A DNA stretch of 45,422 nt from Bradyrhizobium sp. (GTDB taxonomy: Bacteria; Pseudomonadota; Alphaproteobacteria; Rhizobiales; Xanthobacteraceae), in contig DASXJV010000034.1 of NCBI GenBank assembly GCA_036497205.1, forward strand, positions 1 to 45,422, in the 5' to 3' direction. Under the pieces are notes generated by a model. The model did not search any database. It saw only the letters and a program-made list of their open reading frames with translations, and had not been told where the DNA came from. Made by a program: the position numbers and the translations under genes. Below are positions 27,841 through 36,735 of this stretch, in pieces. Each line of letters begins with the position of its first letter. Within the stretch, counting starts at the first letter, position 1.

Positions 27841-28587
27841 GTGACCATCAAAGCCGTTGTGTTCGATGCGTATGGCACGCTCTACGACATTCAGTCGGTG
27901 GCTGCCGTTACTGAAGAGGCGTTTCCGGGCTATGGCGAGATCGTCACACAGATCTGGCGCATCAAGCAGCTTGAATACACCTGGCTGCGTTCGCTGATGC
28001 GGCGCTATCAGGATTTCTCTGTCATCACGCGGGATTCGCTCGCCTATACGCTGCGATGCCTTGGACTGAAACACGATCCGGCGGCGTTCGAGCGCATCAT
28101 CGACAAGTATCTACATCTCGATCTTTATCCGGATGCGGCGGCGGCGCTGGCGGCGATGCGGGATCGAAAACTTGCGATCCTTTCCAACGGCAGCACCGGT
28201 ATGCTCAACGCGCTGGTGCGCAACAGCGGTCTCGACCGCGTGCTTGATGCGACCATCAGCATCGACTCACAGAAAATCTTCAAGCCTGCTCCGGATGCCT
28301 ACACCCTGATCGAATCGACGCTCGAGGTGCCGCCCGCCGAAGTGTTATTCGTGTCGTCGAATCCATGGGACGTCTGCGGCGCCAAGGCGTTTGGGCTGAA
28401 CGTCGCCTGGATCGAGCGGGTGACGCCGGAAGCGATGGCGCTGGCCTGCGTCAAAAACGATTCTGTCGCCCCGCTCACCATGTTCAAGGCGATCCGGACG
28501 CAGATGGACGAACTCGGACTCGAGCCAGACTATCGCATCCACGTGCTGTCAGAACTGCCCGGTCTGGTCGCCACGCATGAGCCTTGA
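27841..28587 (+). CDS. Haloacid dehalogenase type II
   Basis: FDAYGTLYD, WRIKQLEYTW, ILSNG, KP..DAY and FVSSNPWDVCGA motifs. Confidence 0.9.
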   Translation: MTIKAVVFDAYGTLYDIQSVAAVTEEAFPGYGEIVTQIWRIKQLEYTWLRSLMRRYQDFSVITRDSLAYTLRCLGLKHDPAAFERIIDKYLHLDLYPDAAAALAAMRDRKLAILSNGSTGMLNALVRNSGLDRVLDATISIDSQKIFKPAPDAYTLIESTLEVPPAEVLFVSSNPWDVCGAKAFGLNVAWIERVTPEAMALACVKNDSVAPLTMFKAIRTQMDELGLEPDYRIHVLSELPGLVATHEP

Positions 28588-29044
28588 ATCGGTCCGCGCG
28601 TTTTTCGCCGAGAAGGCCCCGGATATCACGGTGATCGAATCGCCGATCAGTTCGGCAACGGTGGCGCTGGCGGCCGAAGCCTATGGCGTCGAGCCGGCGC
28701 GGATCGCCAAAACGCTGAGCTTGCGGATCGGCCACCGCGTGGTGCTCATTGTCGCCAGCGGTACGTCGCGGATGGACAACAGGAAGGTCAAGGCGCTGTT
28801 CGGCGGCAAGCCAAAAATGCTCGGCGTCCAAGAGGTCACTGAGATTACCGGCCATGAAGTCGGCGGTGTCTGTCCGTTCGGCTTGAAAGCGCCGCTATCG
28901 ATTTATTGTGACGTGTCGCTGAAAGCGTTCGACACGGTGGTGCCGGCGGCAGGCTCGACCCACAGCGCGGTGCGCATCGCGCCATCGCGGATGGCTGAAC
29001 TGGTCACGGCAGAATGGGTCGATGTCTGCGAGAATCGCGCGTGA
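28577..29044 (+). CDS. YbaK/EbsC-family aminoacyl-tRNA deacylase-like protein
   Basis: IAKTL, TGHEVGGVCPFG and PAAGS motifs. Confidence 0.9.
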   Translation: MSLESVRAFFAEKAPDITVIESPISSATVALAAEAYGVEPARIAKTLSLRIGHRVVLIVASGTSRMDNRKVKALFGGKPKMLGVQEVTEITGHEVGGVCPFGLKAPLSIYCDVSLKAFDTVVPAAGSTHSAVRIAPSRMAELVTAEWVDVCENRA

Positions 29045-29210
29045 GGATATCGCTCGTGCGACGCTTCCGGGGGGACCCCGTCTCCACCGGCAAACGAAGT
29101 AATGGACGGCGCTTTCCCGAAGGCGTAATTTATTGAACCTGCTGATGGTCCGCTCTTGTGCGAGACTGCCGTTGGCCGAGCGCGGATCGACGCATACGCG
29201 GAGGTCCGAG

Positions 29211-29516
29211 ATGAAATCGCACCGGCTTCCTTTCGAAAATCGATGGACGGGCGGCGAGCGCGCGTGGCATTGGTATTGCGAGCTTGAACGGATAGGCGTG
29301 CCTAACGTGCGGGCAATGTTCGCCGATCACGAGATGCATCATCCTGATGACAACTCAGTTGTGTTCGACGTTCCGGCCGGGTTCGTGCGGGACTGGCTTA
29401 GCTTTCATGATCGACACGATGGTCGCAGGCAGACCCAGTGGTTGGCCACGGTCACGATCCTGGCGTTTGTCGGCGCTGTCGCATCTATCGCTGCGGTCCT
29501 GCGAACATGGCAGTAG
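29211..29516 (+). CDS. Hypothetical protein with a C-terminal membrane helix
   Basis: GGAGG RBS before ATG 29211 (MKSHRLPFENRW); hydrophobic C-terminus. Confidence 0.65.
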   Translation: MKSHRLPFENRWTGGERAWHWYCELERIGVPNVRAMFADHEMHHPDDNSVVFDVPAGFVRDWLSFHDRHDGRRQTQWLATVTILAFVGAVASIAAVLRTWQ

Positions 29517-29534
29517 CGGAAGCGGAAGGCCAGT

Positions 29535-29840
29535 CTATTGGCCGCTGTAGGATCTTGGCCGATCGTTGCGGCCTCTCGGGTCAGGCTGCTGGGGCCCGGT
29601 AGCGTGTGACTCAAACACCGAGCGGCACGGTCCAGAGAGCTGCGGGGTGTTTTGCCGCAAGCACGCAACGATCCGATTGGCGTCCGGGATCTGTTCACCG
29701 CAAAGTCGGAAGACGTCAGGGGTGCATGCAAGCTGTTGTTCCAGGGTTCCCCGATACTCCTCCGAAAAAGCAGGATTTTGAATGGCGATGCCACAGGCGG
29801 TCGACATCGCAAGGCCCAAGACCACATTGTACACTCGCAT
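29535..29840 (-). CDS. Small exported cysteine-repeat protein
   Basis: AAGGA RBS; signal peptide; ACTPDVFRLC..IVACL..LSGPC four-Cys pattern. Confidence 0.75.
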   Translation of the reverse strand: MRVYNVVLGLAMSTACGIAIQNPAFSEEYRGTLEQQLACTPDVFRLCGEQIPDANRIVACLRQNTPQLSGPCRSVFESHATGPQQPDPRGRNDRPRSYSGQ

Positions 29841-30010
29841 GTCCGATCCTTCTTTCGGCTCGAGTTGGCGTGGTTCCCCCATCACGCCGCAGGCTTCAAA
29901 ATAAATGAGGCCGGGGAAGGTTCACGCCGTACAAAAAATGTGAAGGTCAGGCGTTTGCTTTCTGCTCTCCCATTGTGGAAGAGGGAAAAAGGGCGATGGC
30001 GCGCGATCCC

Positions 30011-31000
30011 CTACTCCACCTTGCCGATTTTCTTCACCGCCGCGATCAGGCGCGCGCTGTCTTCCGTGACGAATTTTGAAAATTCCGGCGCGTCCAAATA
30101 AGCCACCGGACTGCCCGCGGTTTCAAAGGTTTTTGTCACTTCAGGACTTTTCACGGCTAACGCCATCGCCTCGCGCAGCCGCGTCATGATCGGCGCCGGC
30201 AGTGCGCCTTGGGCAAACAGCCCGGCCCAGATGTAGAACTCGACATCCTTGTAGCCGAGTTCCCTGAAGGTCGGCAGATCGGGAAAACTCGCGATCCGCT
30301 CCGCGCCCCAATTCGCAAGCACGCGCATCTTGCCGTCATCGACCTGCTGCTTGAGCGTGCCTGGAGCTGACGCCAGCGCCTGCACCGTGCCGCTGAGCAA
30401 CGCGGTCAGTGCGGGACCGGCGCCGCGAAACGGAACGTGCAGCAATTTGATGCCGGCGCTGGCCGCAAACATCTCCATCGCCACATGCAGCGTGCCGTAG
30501 GGACCCGACGAGCCGTAGGGAATTTCGCCGGGTCGCTTTTTTGCGTCGTCGACGAATTCCTGCAGCGTCTTCCACGGCGCCGACGCCGGCACCGCGAGCA
30601 AAGTGGGATCGGCGAGCACGCGTGCCACCGGCGCGAATTGCGAGACCTCGTAAGCCACGGGGCGATCGAACAGCCGGTCGGCTTCCGGCAGCACCGCCAG
30701 CGAGGACAGCGTCATCAGCAATGTGTAGCCATCAGGCTCAGCGCGCGCCGCCGCCGCGTTGCCGATCGATCCGCCGGCGCCGCCGGCGCGGTTGTCGACG
30801 ATGACGGGCTTGCCGAGAATTTTTTCCAGCGCAAGCGCCACCGGGCGAGCAGCGAGATCGGCTTGGCCGCCGGCCGGAAACGGCACGATCATGGTGATAT
30901 TGCGCGTCGGCCACGGCGCTTGCGCGAATACAGTATTGGAGAGCGCGATCTGCGACAGCGGCAGCACAGCTGTGGCCTTCAAAAGTTCACGTCGGTTCAT
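30011..31000 (-). CDS. Bug/TctC tripartite tricarboxylate transporter substrate-binding protein (orphan, Tat signal)
   Basis: MNRRELLK twin-arginine signal; IVPFPAGGQAD, PDGYTLL, HVPFRG and PDLPT motifs. Confidence 0.9.
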   Translation of the reverse strand: MNRRELLKATAVLPLSQIALSNTVFAQAPWPTRNITMIVPFPAGGQADLAARPVALALEKILGKPVIVDNRAGGAGGSIGNAAAARAEPDGYTLLMTLSSLAVLPEADRLFDRPVAYEVSQFAPVARVLADPTLLAVPASAPWKTLQEFVDDAKKRPGEIPYGSSGPYGTLHVAMEMFAASAGIKLLHVPFRGAGPALTALLSGTVQALASAPGTLKQQVDDGKMRVLANWGAERIASFPDLPTFRELGYKDVEFYIWAGLFAQGALPAPIMTRLREAMALAVKSPEVTKTFETAGSPVAYLDAPEFSKFVTEDSARLIAAVKKIGKVE

Positions 31001-31054
31001 CGGCAGTTTCTCCCCGGAGGTTTTTGTCTTTGTGGAGCCAGCCTAGCCTGAACC

Positions 31055-31092
31055 GCAGGGTGGGCAAAGGCGCCGTTCGCCATGTCCACCAT
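31055..31092. repeat. Degenerate GTAG-type REP
   Basis: GCAGGGTGGGCAAAGGCG-CCGTT-CGCCATGTCCACC hairpin (GGTGGGCA/TGTCCACC). Confidence 0.55.
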
Positions 31093-31098
31093 TCATCG

Positions 31099-32010
31099 CT
31101 ACTTCCGCTTCTTCGCGCCCGAAAAATGCTTCGCCAGAAAGTCCGCCAGCACCTCGACGCGGGCCGGACGCGGGCCGCCGGGGGGCGTCACCAGGTGCAC
31201 CGCGCCCTCGGTCTGCTTCCAGTCTTTCAGAATCACTTCGAGCTCGCCCGACGCAATGGCGTCGCCGACGATAAAGTCCGGCAGATCGGCGACGCCGAGC
31301 CCTGCCAGCAACGCCGGCATCAGTGCTTCGCCATTGTTGACGCGCAGCGGCCCTGCGGGGCGCACGCTCGCCTGCTCGCCCGCGGCGTTGGTGTAATGCC
31401 AGACGCCCGGCGTGGAGAGATAGGCATAGCCGAGACACTTATGCTGCGCCAGATGCATCGGATGCGTCGGCTGGCCATAGCGCTTGAGATAGGCAGGCGC
31501 CGCCACTGTGTAGCGCGGCATCGCGCACAGCCGCCGCGCGATCAGTGAGGAATCCGGCAGGCTCGCGATCCGCAAGCCTGCATCGAAACCCTCGCCGATC
31601 AGATCGACCATGGCATCGCTGAGGTGAAGATCGATCGCGACGTCGGGATATGCCTCCAGAAACTCCGGCAGGATCGGCGCCACCGCTTTCACCCCGAACG
31701 TCATCGGCACCGCGAGGCGCACCAGCCCGCGCGGCGCCACCGACTGCGCCAGCGCCTCGTTCTCAGCCGCCTCGCCATCGACCAGCAGACGCGCGGCGCG
31801 CCCGGATAGTTTCTGCCCGGCATCGGTCAAGGCGAGGCGCCGCGAGGTCCGGTTGAACAGCCGCGCACCGAGCCGCTCCTCCAGCCGGCTGACCGCCTTC
31901 GACACCGTGGCCTTGGAAAGGGCCAGTTCGGCCGCAGCCGCGGCAAATGACCGTAATTCCACAACTTTTGCGAAAATCGCGAGGCCTTCGAAATCGGGAA
32001 GTTTTGTCAT
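31099..32010 (-). CDS. LysR-family regulator (CrgA-like)
   Basis: SFAAAAAELALSKATVSKAVSRLEERLGARLFNRTSRRLALTDAG HTH; DLIGEGFDAGLR. Confidence 0.93.
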   Translation of the reverse strand: MTKLPDFEGLAIFAKVVELRSFAAAAAELALSKATVSKAVSRLEERLGARLFNRTSRRLALTDAGQKLSGRAARLLVDGEAAENEALAQSVAPRGLVRLAVPMTFGVKAVAPILPEFLEAYPDVAIDLHLSDAMVDLIGEGFDAGLRIASLPDSSLIARRLCAMPRYTVAAPAYLKRYGQPTHPMHLAQHKCLGYAYLSTPGVWHYTNAAGEQASVRPAGPLRVNNGEALMPALLAGLGVADLPDFIVGDAIASGELEVILKDWKQTEGAVHLVTPPGGPRPARVEVLADFLAKHFSGAKKRK

Positions 32011-32034
32011 TCGGGCCCTCCTGGAAGAACAATA

Positions 32035-32064
32035 ATAGAAACAATGTGTTTCTATAGTTTCTAT
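32035..32064. promoter_or_regulatory. Candidate LysR operator
   Basis: ATAGAAACA-ATG-TGTTTCTAT perfect 9-bp inverted repeat plus an extra GTTTCTAT half-site between the divergent LysR and SDR genes. Confidence 0.6.
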
Positions 32065-32126
32065 TTATGCTCCAACTGGAAGCGCATATCCAGACGTCAT
32101 CGGAATTCAGACAGCGGAGAAATCCA

Positions 32127-32879
32127 ATGACCAAATCGCTCACAGGCAAGGCTGCCCTCGTCACCGGCGGCTCGCGCGGCATCGGCGCGGCCAGTGCCCT
32201 AGCGCTCGCCGATGAAGGCGCCAACATCGCCATCAGCTACCTCGCCTCAGCGGATAAGGCCGAAACCGTCGTGAAAGAATTGAAAGCCAAGGGTGTGGAA
32301 GCGCATGCTTTCAAGGCCGACCAGGCCAGCGCCAGCGAAGTCGATCAACTGGTAAAAGACGTCGCCAAGCATTTTGGCCGTCTCGATATCCTCGTCAATA
32401 ACGCGGCGGTCGCGGTCAATGGCGCGGTCGACGATCCCAACAGCGACACCGCGGCATTCGACCGCCAGGACGCGATCAATGTCCACGGCGTGGTTAGCGC
32501 GATCCGAGCGGCGTCAAAGCTGATGGGAGAAGGCGGACGCATCATCACTATTGGTTCGGGCATACCCACCCGCGCATCGTTTCCCGGCCTCGCTGACTAC
32601 GCCGCCACCAAGGCTGCGATCGTCGGCTACAACAAGGGCGCGGCGCGCGACCTCGGACCGCGCGGCATTACGGTCAACGTGCTGCAGCCCGGCTCTGTTG
32701 ACACCGACATGAATCCAAAGGACGGCGGCGCGTTCGCCGAAGCCCAGCGCATGCAGCACGCGCTGCAACGCTACGGCACAGCGGAAGAAATCGCCGCCGG
32801 CATCGTATTCCTCGCCAGTCCCGGCGCGTCGTTTGTGACCGGCGCCGTGCTGAATGTCGATGGCGGCTTCGGCGCCTGA
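32127..32879 (+). CDS. Short-chain dehydrogenase/reductase (BdcA-like)
   Basis: TGGSRGIG, NNA, YAATK and VLQPGSVDTDMNP motifs; GGAG RBS. Confidence 0.9.
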   Translation: MTKSLTGKAALVTGGSRGIGAASALALADEGANIAISYLASADKAETVVKELKAKGVEAHAFKADQASASEVDQLVKDVAKHFGRLDILVNNAAVAVNGAVDDPNSDTAAFDRQDAINVHGVVSAIRAASKLMGEGGRIITIGSGIPTRASFPGLADYAATKAAIVGYNKGAARDLGPRGITVNVLQPGSVDTDMNPKDGGAFAEAQRMQHALQRYGTAEEIAAGIVFLASPGASFVTGAVLNVDGGFGA

Positions 32880-32954
32880 CCCAAGCAACTCAACGACGCC
32901 GGGCGCATGACGCGCCCGGCACATCCAAAGAAATTCAAATCAAAGGAACGTATC

Positions 32955-33653
32955 ATGATTGAACTCAGACCCTTCAACAAGCTTGGCAGCGCCGATCACG
33001 GCTGGCTGAAAGCCAAACATCACTTCTCGTTCGGCAGGCACTATGACCCCAGCAATATGGGGCACGGCTCGTTACGGGTGTGGAACGACGACGAGATCGC
33101 GCCGAACAGTGGCTTTCCTGCGCACCCCCACGCCAACATGGAGATCATCACTTATGTCCGCGAGGGCGCAATCACTCATCAGGACAGCCTCGGCAACAAG
33201 GGCCGCACCGAAGCGGGCGACGTGCAGGTAATGAGCGCCGGCAGCGGCGTGCGTCACTCCGAATACAATCTCGAGCCGACTAAGACCAAGATCTTCCAGA
33301 TCTGGATCGAGCCGACCACGGAAGGCGGCCAACCGACCTGGGGCGCCAAGCCGTTCCCGAAGTCGGATCGCTCCGGCAATTTCGTCACCATCGCCAGCGG
33401 TTTTGAACGCGACAAGGACGCGCTGCCGATTCGCGCCGACGCGCGGGTGCTTGCCACTACGCTGAGGGCCGGCGAGCGCACGGAATATGCGCCGGGCAAA
33501 ACCCGCAACCTCTATCTGGTTCCGGCGGCGGGGCTGGTCGATATCAACGGCGTGCGTGTCAACGCCCGCGACGGCATCGCGATCCGCGACGAGGCGCGGC
33601 TCAAGATCACCGCGCTGGAAGATTCGGAACTGGTGCTGGTCGACGCGGCCTGA
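32955..33653 (+). CDS. Pirin-family protein (YhhW-like)
   Basis: DHGWL..HHFSF, HPHANMEI and MSAGSGVRHSE motifs; AAGGA RBS. Confidence 0.92.
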   Translation: MIELRPFNKLGSADHGWLKAKHHFSFGRHYDPSNMGHGSLRVWNDDEIAPNSGFPAHPHANMEIITYVREGAITHQDSLGNKGRTEAGDVQVMSAGSGVRHSEYNLEPTKTKIFQIWIEPTTEGGQPTWGAKPFPKSDRSGNFVTIASGFERDKDALPIRADARVLATTLRAGERTEYAPGKTRNLYLVPAAGLVDINGVRVNARDGIAIRDEARLKITALEDSELVLVDAA

Positions 33654-33664
33654 CCTCATGTTTT

Positions 33665-33749
33665 GTCATGGCCCGCCCTGTGCCGGGCATCCACGGCTTA
33701 CTTGACGAACGATCAAGATGTGGATGGCCGGAACAAGTCGGGCCATGAC
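33665..33749. repeat. REP doublet (GTCATG...CATGAC type)
   Basis: GTCATGGCCCG..CATCCAC..GTGGATG..CGGGCCATGAC inverted arms. Confidence 0.8.
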
Positions 33750-33792
33750 GACTAAATTCGAACTTCTCGCATCAAACTCAAGGAGACCAACC

Positions 33793-34392
33793 ATGACAAA
33801 AGTTCTTGTGCTGTACTATTCGGCCTACGGTCACATCGAGACGATGGCGAATGCCGTCGCCGAAGGCGCACGCAAAGCCGGCGCGTCAGTCGATATCAAG
33901 CGCGTGCCGGAACTTGTGCCGCCCGATGTCGCGAAAGCGTCGCACTACAAGCTCGATCAGGCGGCGCCGGTGGCGAAGATCGAAGACCTCGCCAACTACG
34001 ACGCCATCATCGTCGGCACCGGCACGCGGTTCGGCCGCATGTCATCGCAGATGGCGAACTTCCTCGATCAGGCTGGCGGCCTCTGGATGAAAGGCGCGCT
34101 GCACGGCAAGGTCGGCGGCGCTTTCACCTCGACCGCGACCCAGCACGGCGGCCAGGAAACCACGCTGTTCTCTATCATCACCAACCTCCTGCATTTCGGC
34201 ATGACCATCGTCGGCCTGAATTACGGCTTTGCGGGCCAGATGAAGCTCGACGAGATCACCGGCGGCTCGCCCTATGGCGCGACCACGATTGCCGGCGGCG
34301 ACGGCAGCCGCCCGCCCAGCGAAAACGAAATTGCGGGCGCGCGCTATCAAGGACACGTGATCGCGGAAACGGCGAAAAAACTGCATGGCTGA
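33793..34392 (+). CDS. wrbA: NAD(P)H:quinone oxidoreductase type IV
   Basis: [27 protein letters not shown] and GGSPYGA motifs; AGGAG RBS. Confidence 0.95.
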   Translation: MTKVLVLYYSAYGHIETMANAVAEGARKAGASVDIKRVPELVPPDVAKASHYKLDQAAPVAKIEDLANYDAIIVGTGTRFGRMSSQMANFLDQAGGLWMKGALHGKVGGAFTSTATQHGGQETTLFSIITNLLHFGMTIVGLNYGFAGQMKLDEITGGSPYGATTIAGGDGSRPPSENEIAGARYQGHVIAETAKKLHG

Positions 34393-34703
34393 TACGATGC
34401 AGGCGGCATTCTCTTTGCCGAGTGCCGCCCCACCTGTTCGTGGGAATCACGGACTTCGCCATGATCGAAATTCTCTTTATCTATCAACTGGCACGCAATC
34501 CGGTGCAGGCGACTGCACGGCGGTGGTGGTGCCGCAGTCTCTTCCGCGTTTCGCGCGGCAAGCGTCGATGCCCGGAATGCACTAATTCGTGATGTCTGCG
34601 AACCGGCCCCGCATCGCGAAGGGCGAAGTCGATGCCGCCTTCAGCAAGAACGCGGCGAAGACAAAATAACGCGCCCATCCCCAATCGCTGTGAGTTCGCA
34701 TAT

Positions 34704-34734
34704 AAAGGCCGGGCCGAATCGCGCCCGGCCTTTT
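34704..34734 (+). terminator. Terminator-like hairpin
   Basis: AAAGGCCGGGC-N8-GCCCGGCCTTTT. Confidence 0.65.
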
Positions 34735-34752
34735 CATATGAGGGGAATACCG

Positions 34753-34779
34753 ATGACAGAATGTTACGGTGACGCATGA
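34753..34779 (+). other. 8-codon mini-ORF MTECYGDA translationally coupled to the next gene
   Basis: GAGGGG RBS 7 nt upstream; the TGA overlaps ATG 34776 (ATGA). Confidence 0.45.
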
Positions 34780-35723
34780 GCAGCGACCCGCAAACCCCGT
34801 GGCCGGAATTGCCGACCGCGGGGTGGCGCGAGACCTATGCGACGCTGCATCTTTGGACCCAGATCATCGGCAAGATTCGTCTCGCGCGGGCACCCTGGCT
34901 GAATCACTCCTGGCAGGTCGCGCTTTATGTCACCGCGCGCGGGTTGACGACCTCGCCGATACCCGACGGTATCAGCACATTTCAAATCGAACTCGACTTC
35001 ATCGATCATCATCTACGGATTTCGACCAGTGGCGGCGCAACGCGGCAGTTTGCCTTGGCCGGAAAATCGGTCGCGAGTTTCTATGCAGCGGTCATGGCTG
35101 ATCTCACCGAACTCGGCATCCACGTCGCAATAGACGAGATGCCCAACGAATTGCCGGAGCCGATCCGCTTCTCGCAAGACGACCGGCATGCCTCTTACGA
35201 CCCGGAAGCGGTGCGGCGCTTTTTGCGGATTCTTGTGAACGTTGACCGCGTGTTCAAGCAATTCCGCACCGGCTTCCTCGGCAAGGCCAGTCCGGTGCAT
35301 TTCTTCTGGGGCAGCTTCGATCTTGCGGTGACGCGCTTTTCGGGACGACGTGCACCGCGTCATCCCGGCGGCGTACCCCATTTGCCGGATGAAGTGGCTT
35401 GCGAAGCCTATTCTCACGAGGAGAGCAGCGCCGGCTTCTGGCCGGGCAGTGGCGCGATCGATTATCCCGCGTTCTATTCTTATGCCTATCCCGAACCGGC
35501 AGGCTTCCGCACGACGCCGGTGCGGCCCGACGCGGCATTCTTCAGCGAGGCGCTGGGCGAATTCATCCTGCCCTATGATGCCGTGCGCACGGCTCCGCAG
35601 CCGGATCAGGCGCTGCTCGATTTCCTGCAAAGCACCTATGAAGCCGCGGCCAATGCGGCCAACTGGGATCGCGACGCGCTGGAATGCGCGCCGGGCCGAC
35701 CGGGCGTGGTGCGGCAGATTTAG
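34776..35723 (+). CDS. DUF5996-family protein
   Basis: TLHLWTQIIGKIRL, NHSW, SPVHFFWGSFDLAVTRFSGR, GFWPG and FYSYAYPEP motifs. Confidence 0.8.
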   Translation: MSSDPQTPWPELPTAGWRETYATLHLWTQIIGKIRLARAPWLNHSWQVALYVTARGLTTSPIPDGISTFQIELDFIDHHLRISTSGGATRQFALAGKSVASFYAAVMADLTELGIHVAIDEMPNELPEPIRFSQDDRHASYDPEAVRRFLRILVNVDRVFKQFRTGFLGKASPVHFFWGSFDLAVTRFSGRRAPRHPGGVPHLPDEVACEAYSHEESSAGFWPGSGAIDYPAFYSYAYPEPAGFRTTPVRPDAAFFSEALGEFILPYDAVRTAPQPDQALLDFLQSTYEAAANAANWDRDALECAPGRPGVVRQI

Positions 35724-35761
35724 CGGGTGCCGCGCCTCTGGCGGCGGCGCATCTGCTTGCA

Positions 35762-35790
35762 CGGCTCATCCGCTGAAGACGGATGAGCCG
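35762..35790. terminator. Hairpin between convergent genes
   Basis: CGGCTCATCCG-N7-CGGATGAGCCG perfect 11-bp stem; no U tract. Confidence 0.45.
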
Positions 35791-35827
35791 CTTCGCAGCG
35801 AAGCAGAACCGTCTCCGGCCGCCTGGA

Positions 35828-36430
35828 TTATAGCGGCTTGATCTGCACCTTGCGGAACTTGACCACGCCCGAGCCGTACTGCAGCGCGAACGGGCCGCTC
35901 AAGTGTTTGCTGTCCTGCACGTCGGCGGTCTTTTGACCGTTGAGCACCACAACGAGATGCGGGCCCTGCGCGGTGATTTCGTAAGTGTTCCATTTGCCGG
36001 CGGCCTTTGGCATCGGATCGACCTTGGCGACGTCGACGATCGCGCCGGTGCCGTAGGTCGGATCAGGCCGCTTGTCGAAGATGTTGACCTCGTAGCAGAT
36101 CTTGGCATCGATCTTCTTCGGCTCGTCGCACCGGATGAAGATGCCGCTGTTGGCTTCTTCGTCGGTCCAGAACTCGGCCTTGATCTGGAAATCCTTGTAG
36201 GAATTTTTGGTGACGAGATAGGACAGATCCTTGCCGTCAAGCTTGTCGGCGGTGAGTGCGCCGTCTTTCATCGTCCAATTGGCTTTGCCGACCTCATCCC
36301 AATCGCCCATCTTGGTGCTGTCGAGCAGCGTGACCCATCCGCCTTCGCTCTGGCCCGAGGCCGAGTTGGAAAACTGGAAAGCGGCGGCTCCGATCAGCAG
36401 CCCGGCCGCGAGTATCGACAAATGCTTCAT
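35828..36430 (-). CDS. Exported DUF1080 (3-keto-disaccharide hydrolase-like) protein
   Basis: GGAGG RBS, signal peptide; NSGIFIR, YEVNI, GKWNTYEI and VKFRKVQIKPL motifs. Confidence 0.85.
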   Translation of the reverse strand: MKHLSILAAGLLIGAAAFQFSNSASGQSEGGWVTLLDSTKMGDWDEVGKANWTMKDGALTADKLDGKDLSYLVTKNSYKDFQIKAEFWTDEEANSGIFIRCDEPKKIDAKICYEVNIFDKRPDPTYGTGAIVDVAKVDPMPKAAGKWNTYEITAQGPHLVVVLNGQKTADVQDSKHLSGPFALQYGSGVVKFRKVQIKPL

Positions 36431-36735
36431 GAAGGTATCCTCCCTGCTGGTTTTAATTGGACGGCACGTTAGCACCGAGACGTGCGAGGTAAACTCTTTT
36501 TCATGCTGCAGTTGCGTTTGTGTGCGATCTCGCCTGCCACGCATGCGCGCGCGCCTCTTGCTCGGCAGGCATGAGGCCGGCTAGTGTCCCGAATCCGGAG
36601 TTCGCGAGTTCAACCGCGGCGGAACAGAAATAAGGAATGACCACCTCATCCTGAAGAGCGGCTACGCAGGCAAGCGTCGTCCGCGGCGCGCACGATCTAT
36701 ACTTGGTGTCGTAGGCACGTTTCTTCGAGGCCCAG

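Noticed and set aside
36581-36680. Fragments resembling repeat families (CTAGTGTCCCGAATCCG.., CCTCATCCTGAAGAGCG..)
   Set aside because: Only single degenerate arms, with no second copy in the window to confirm them.
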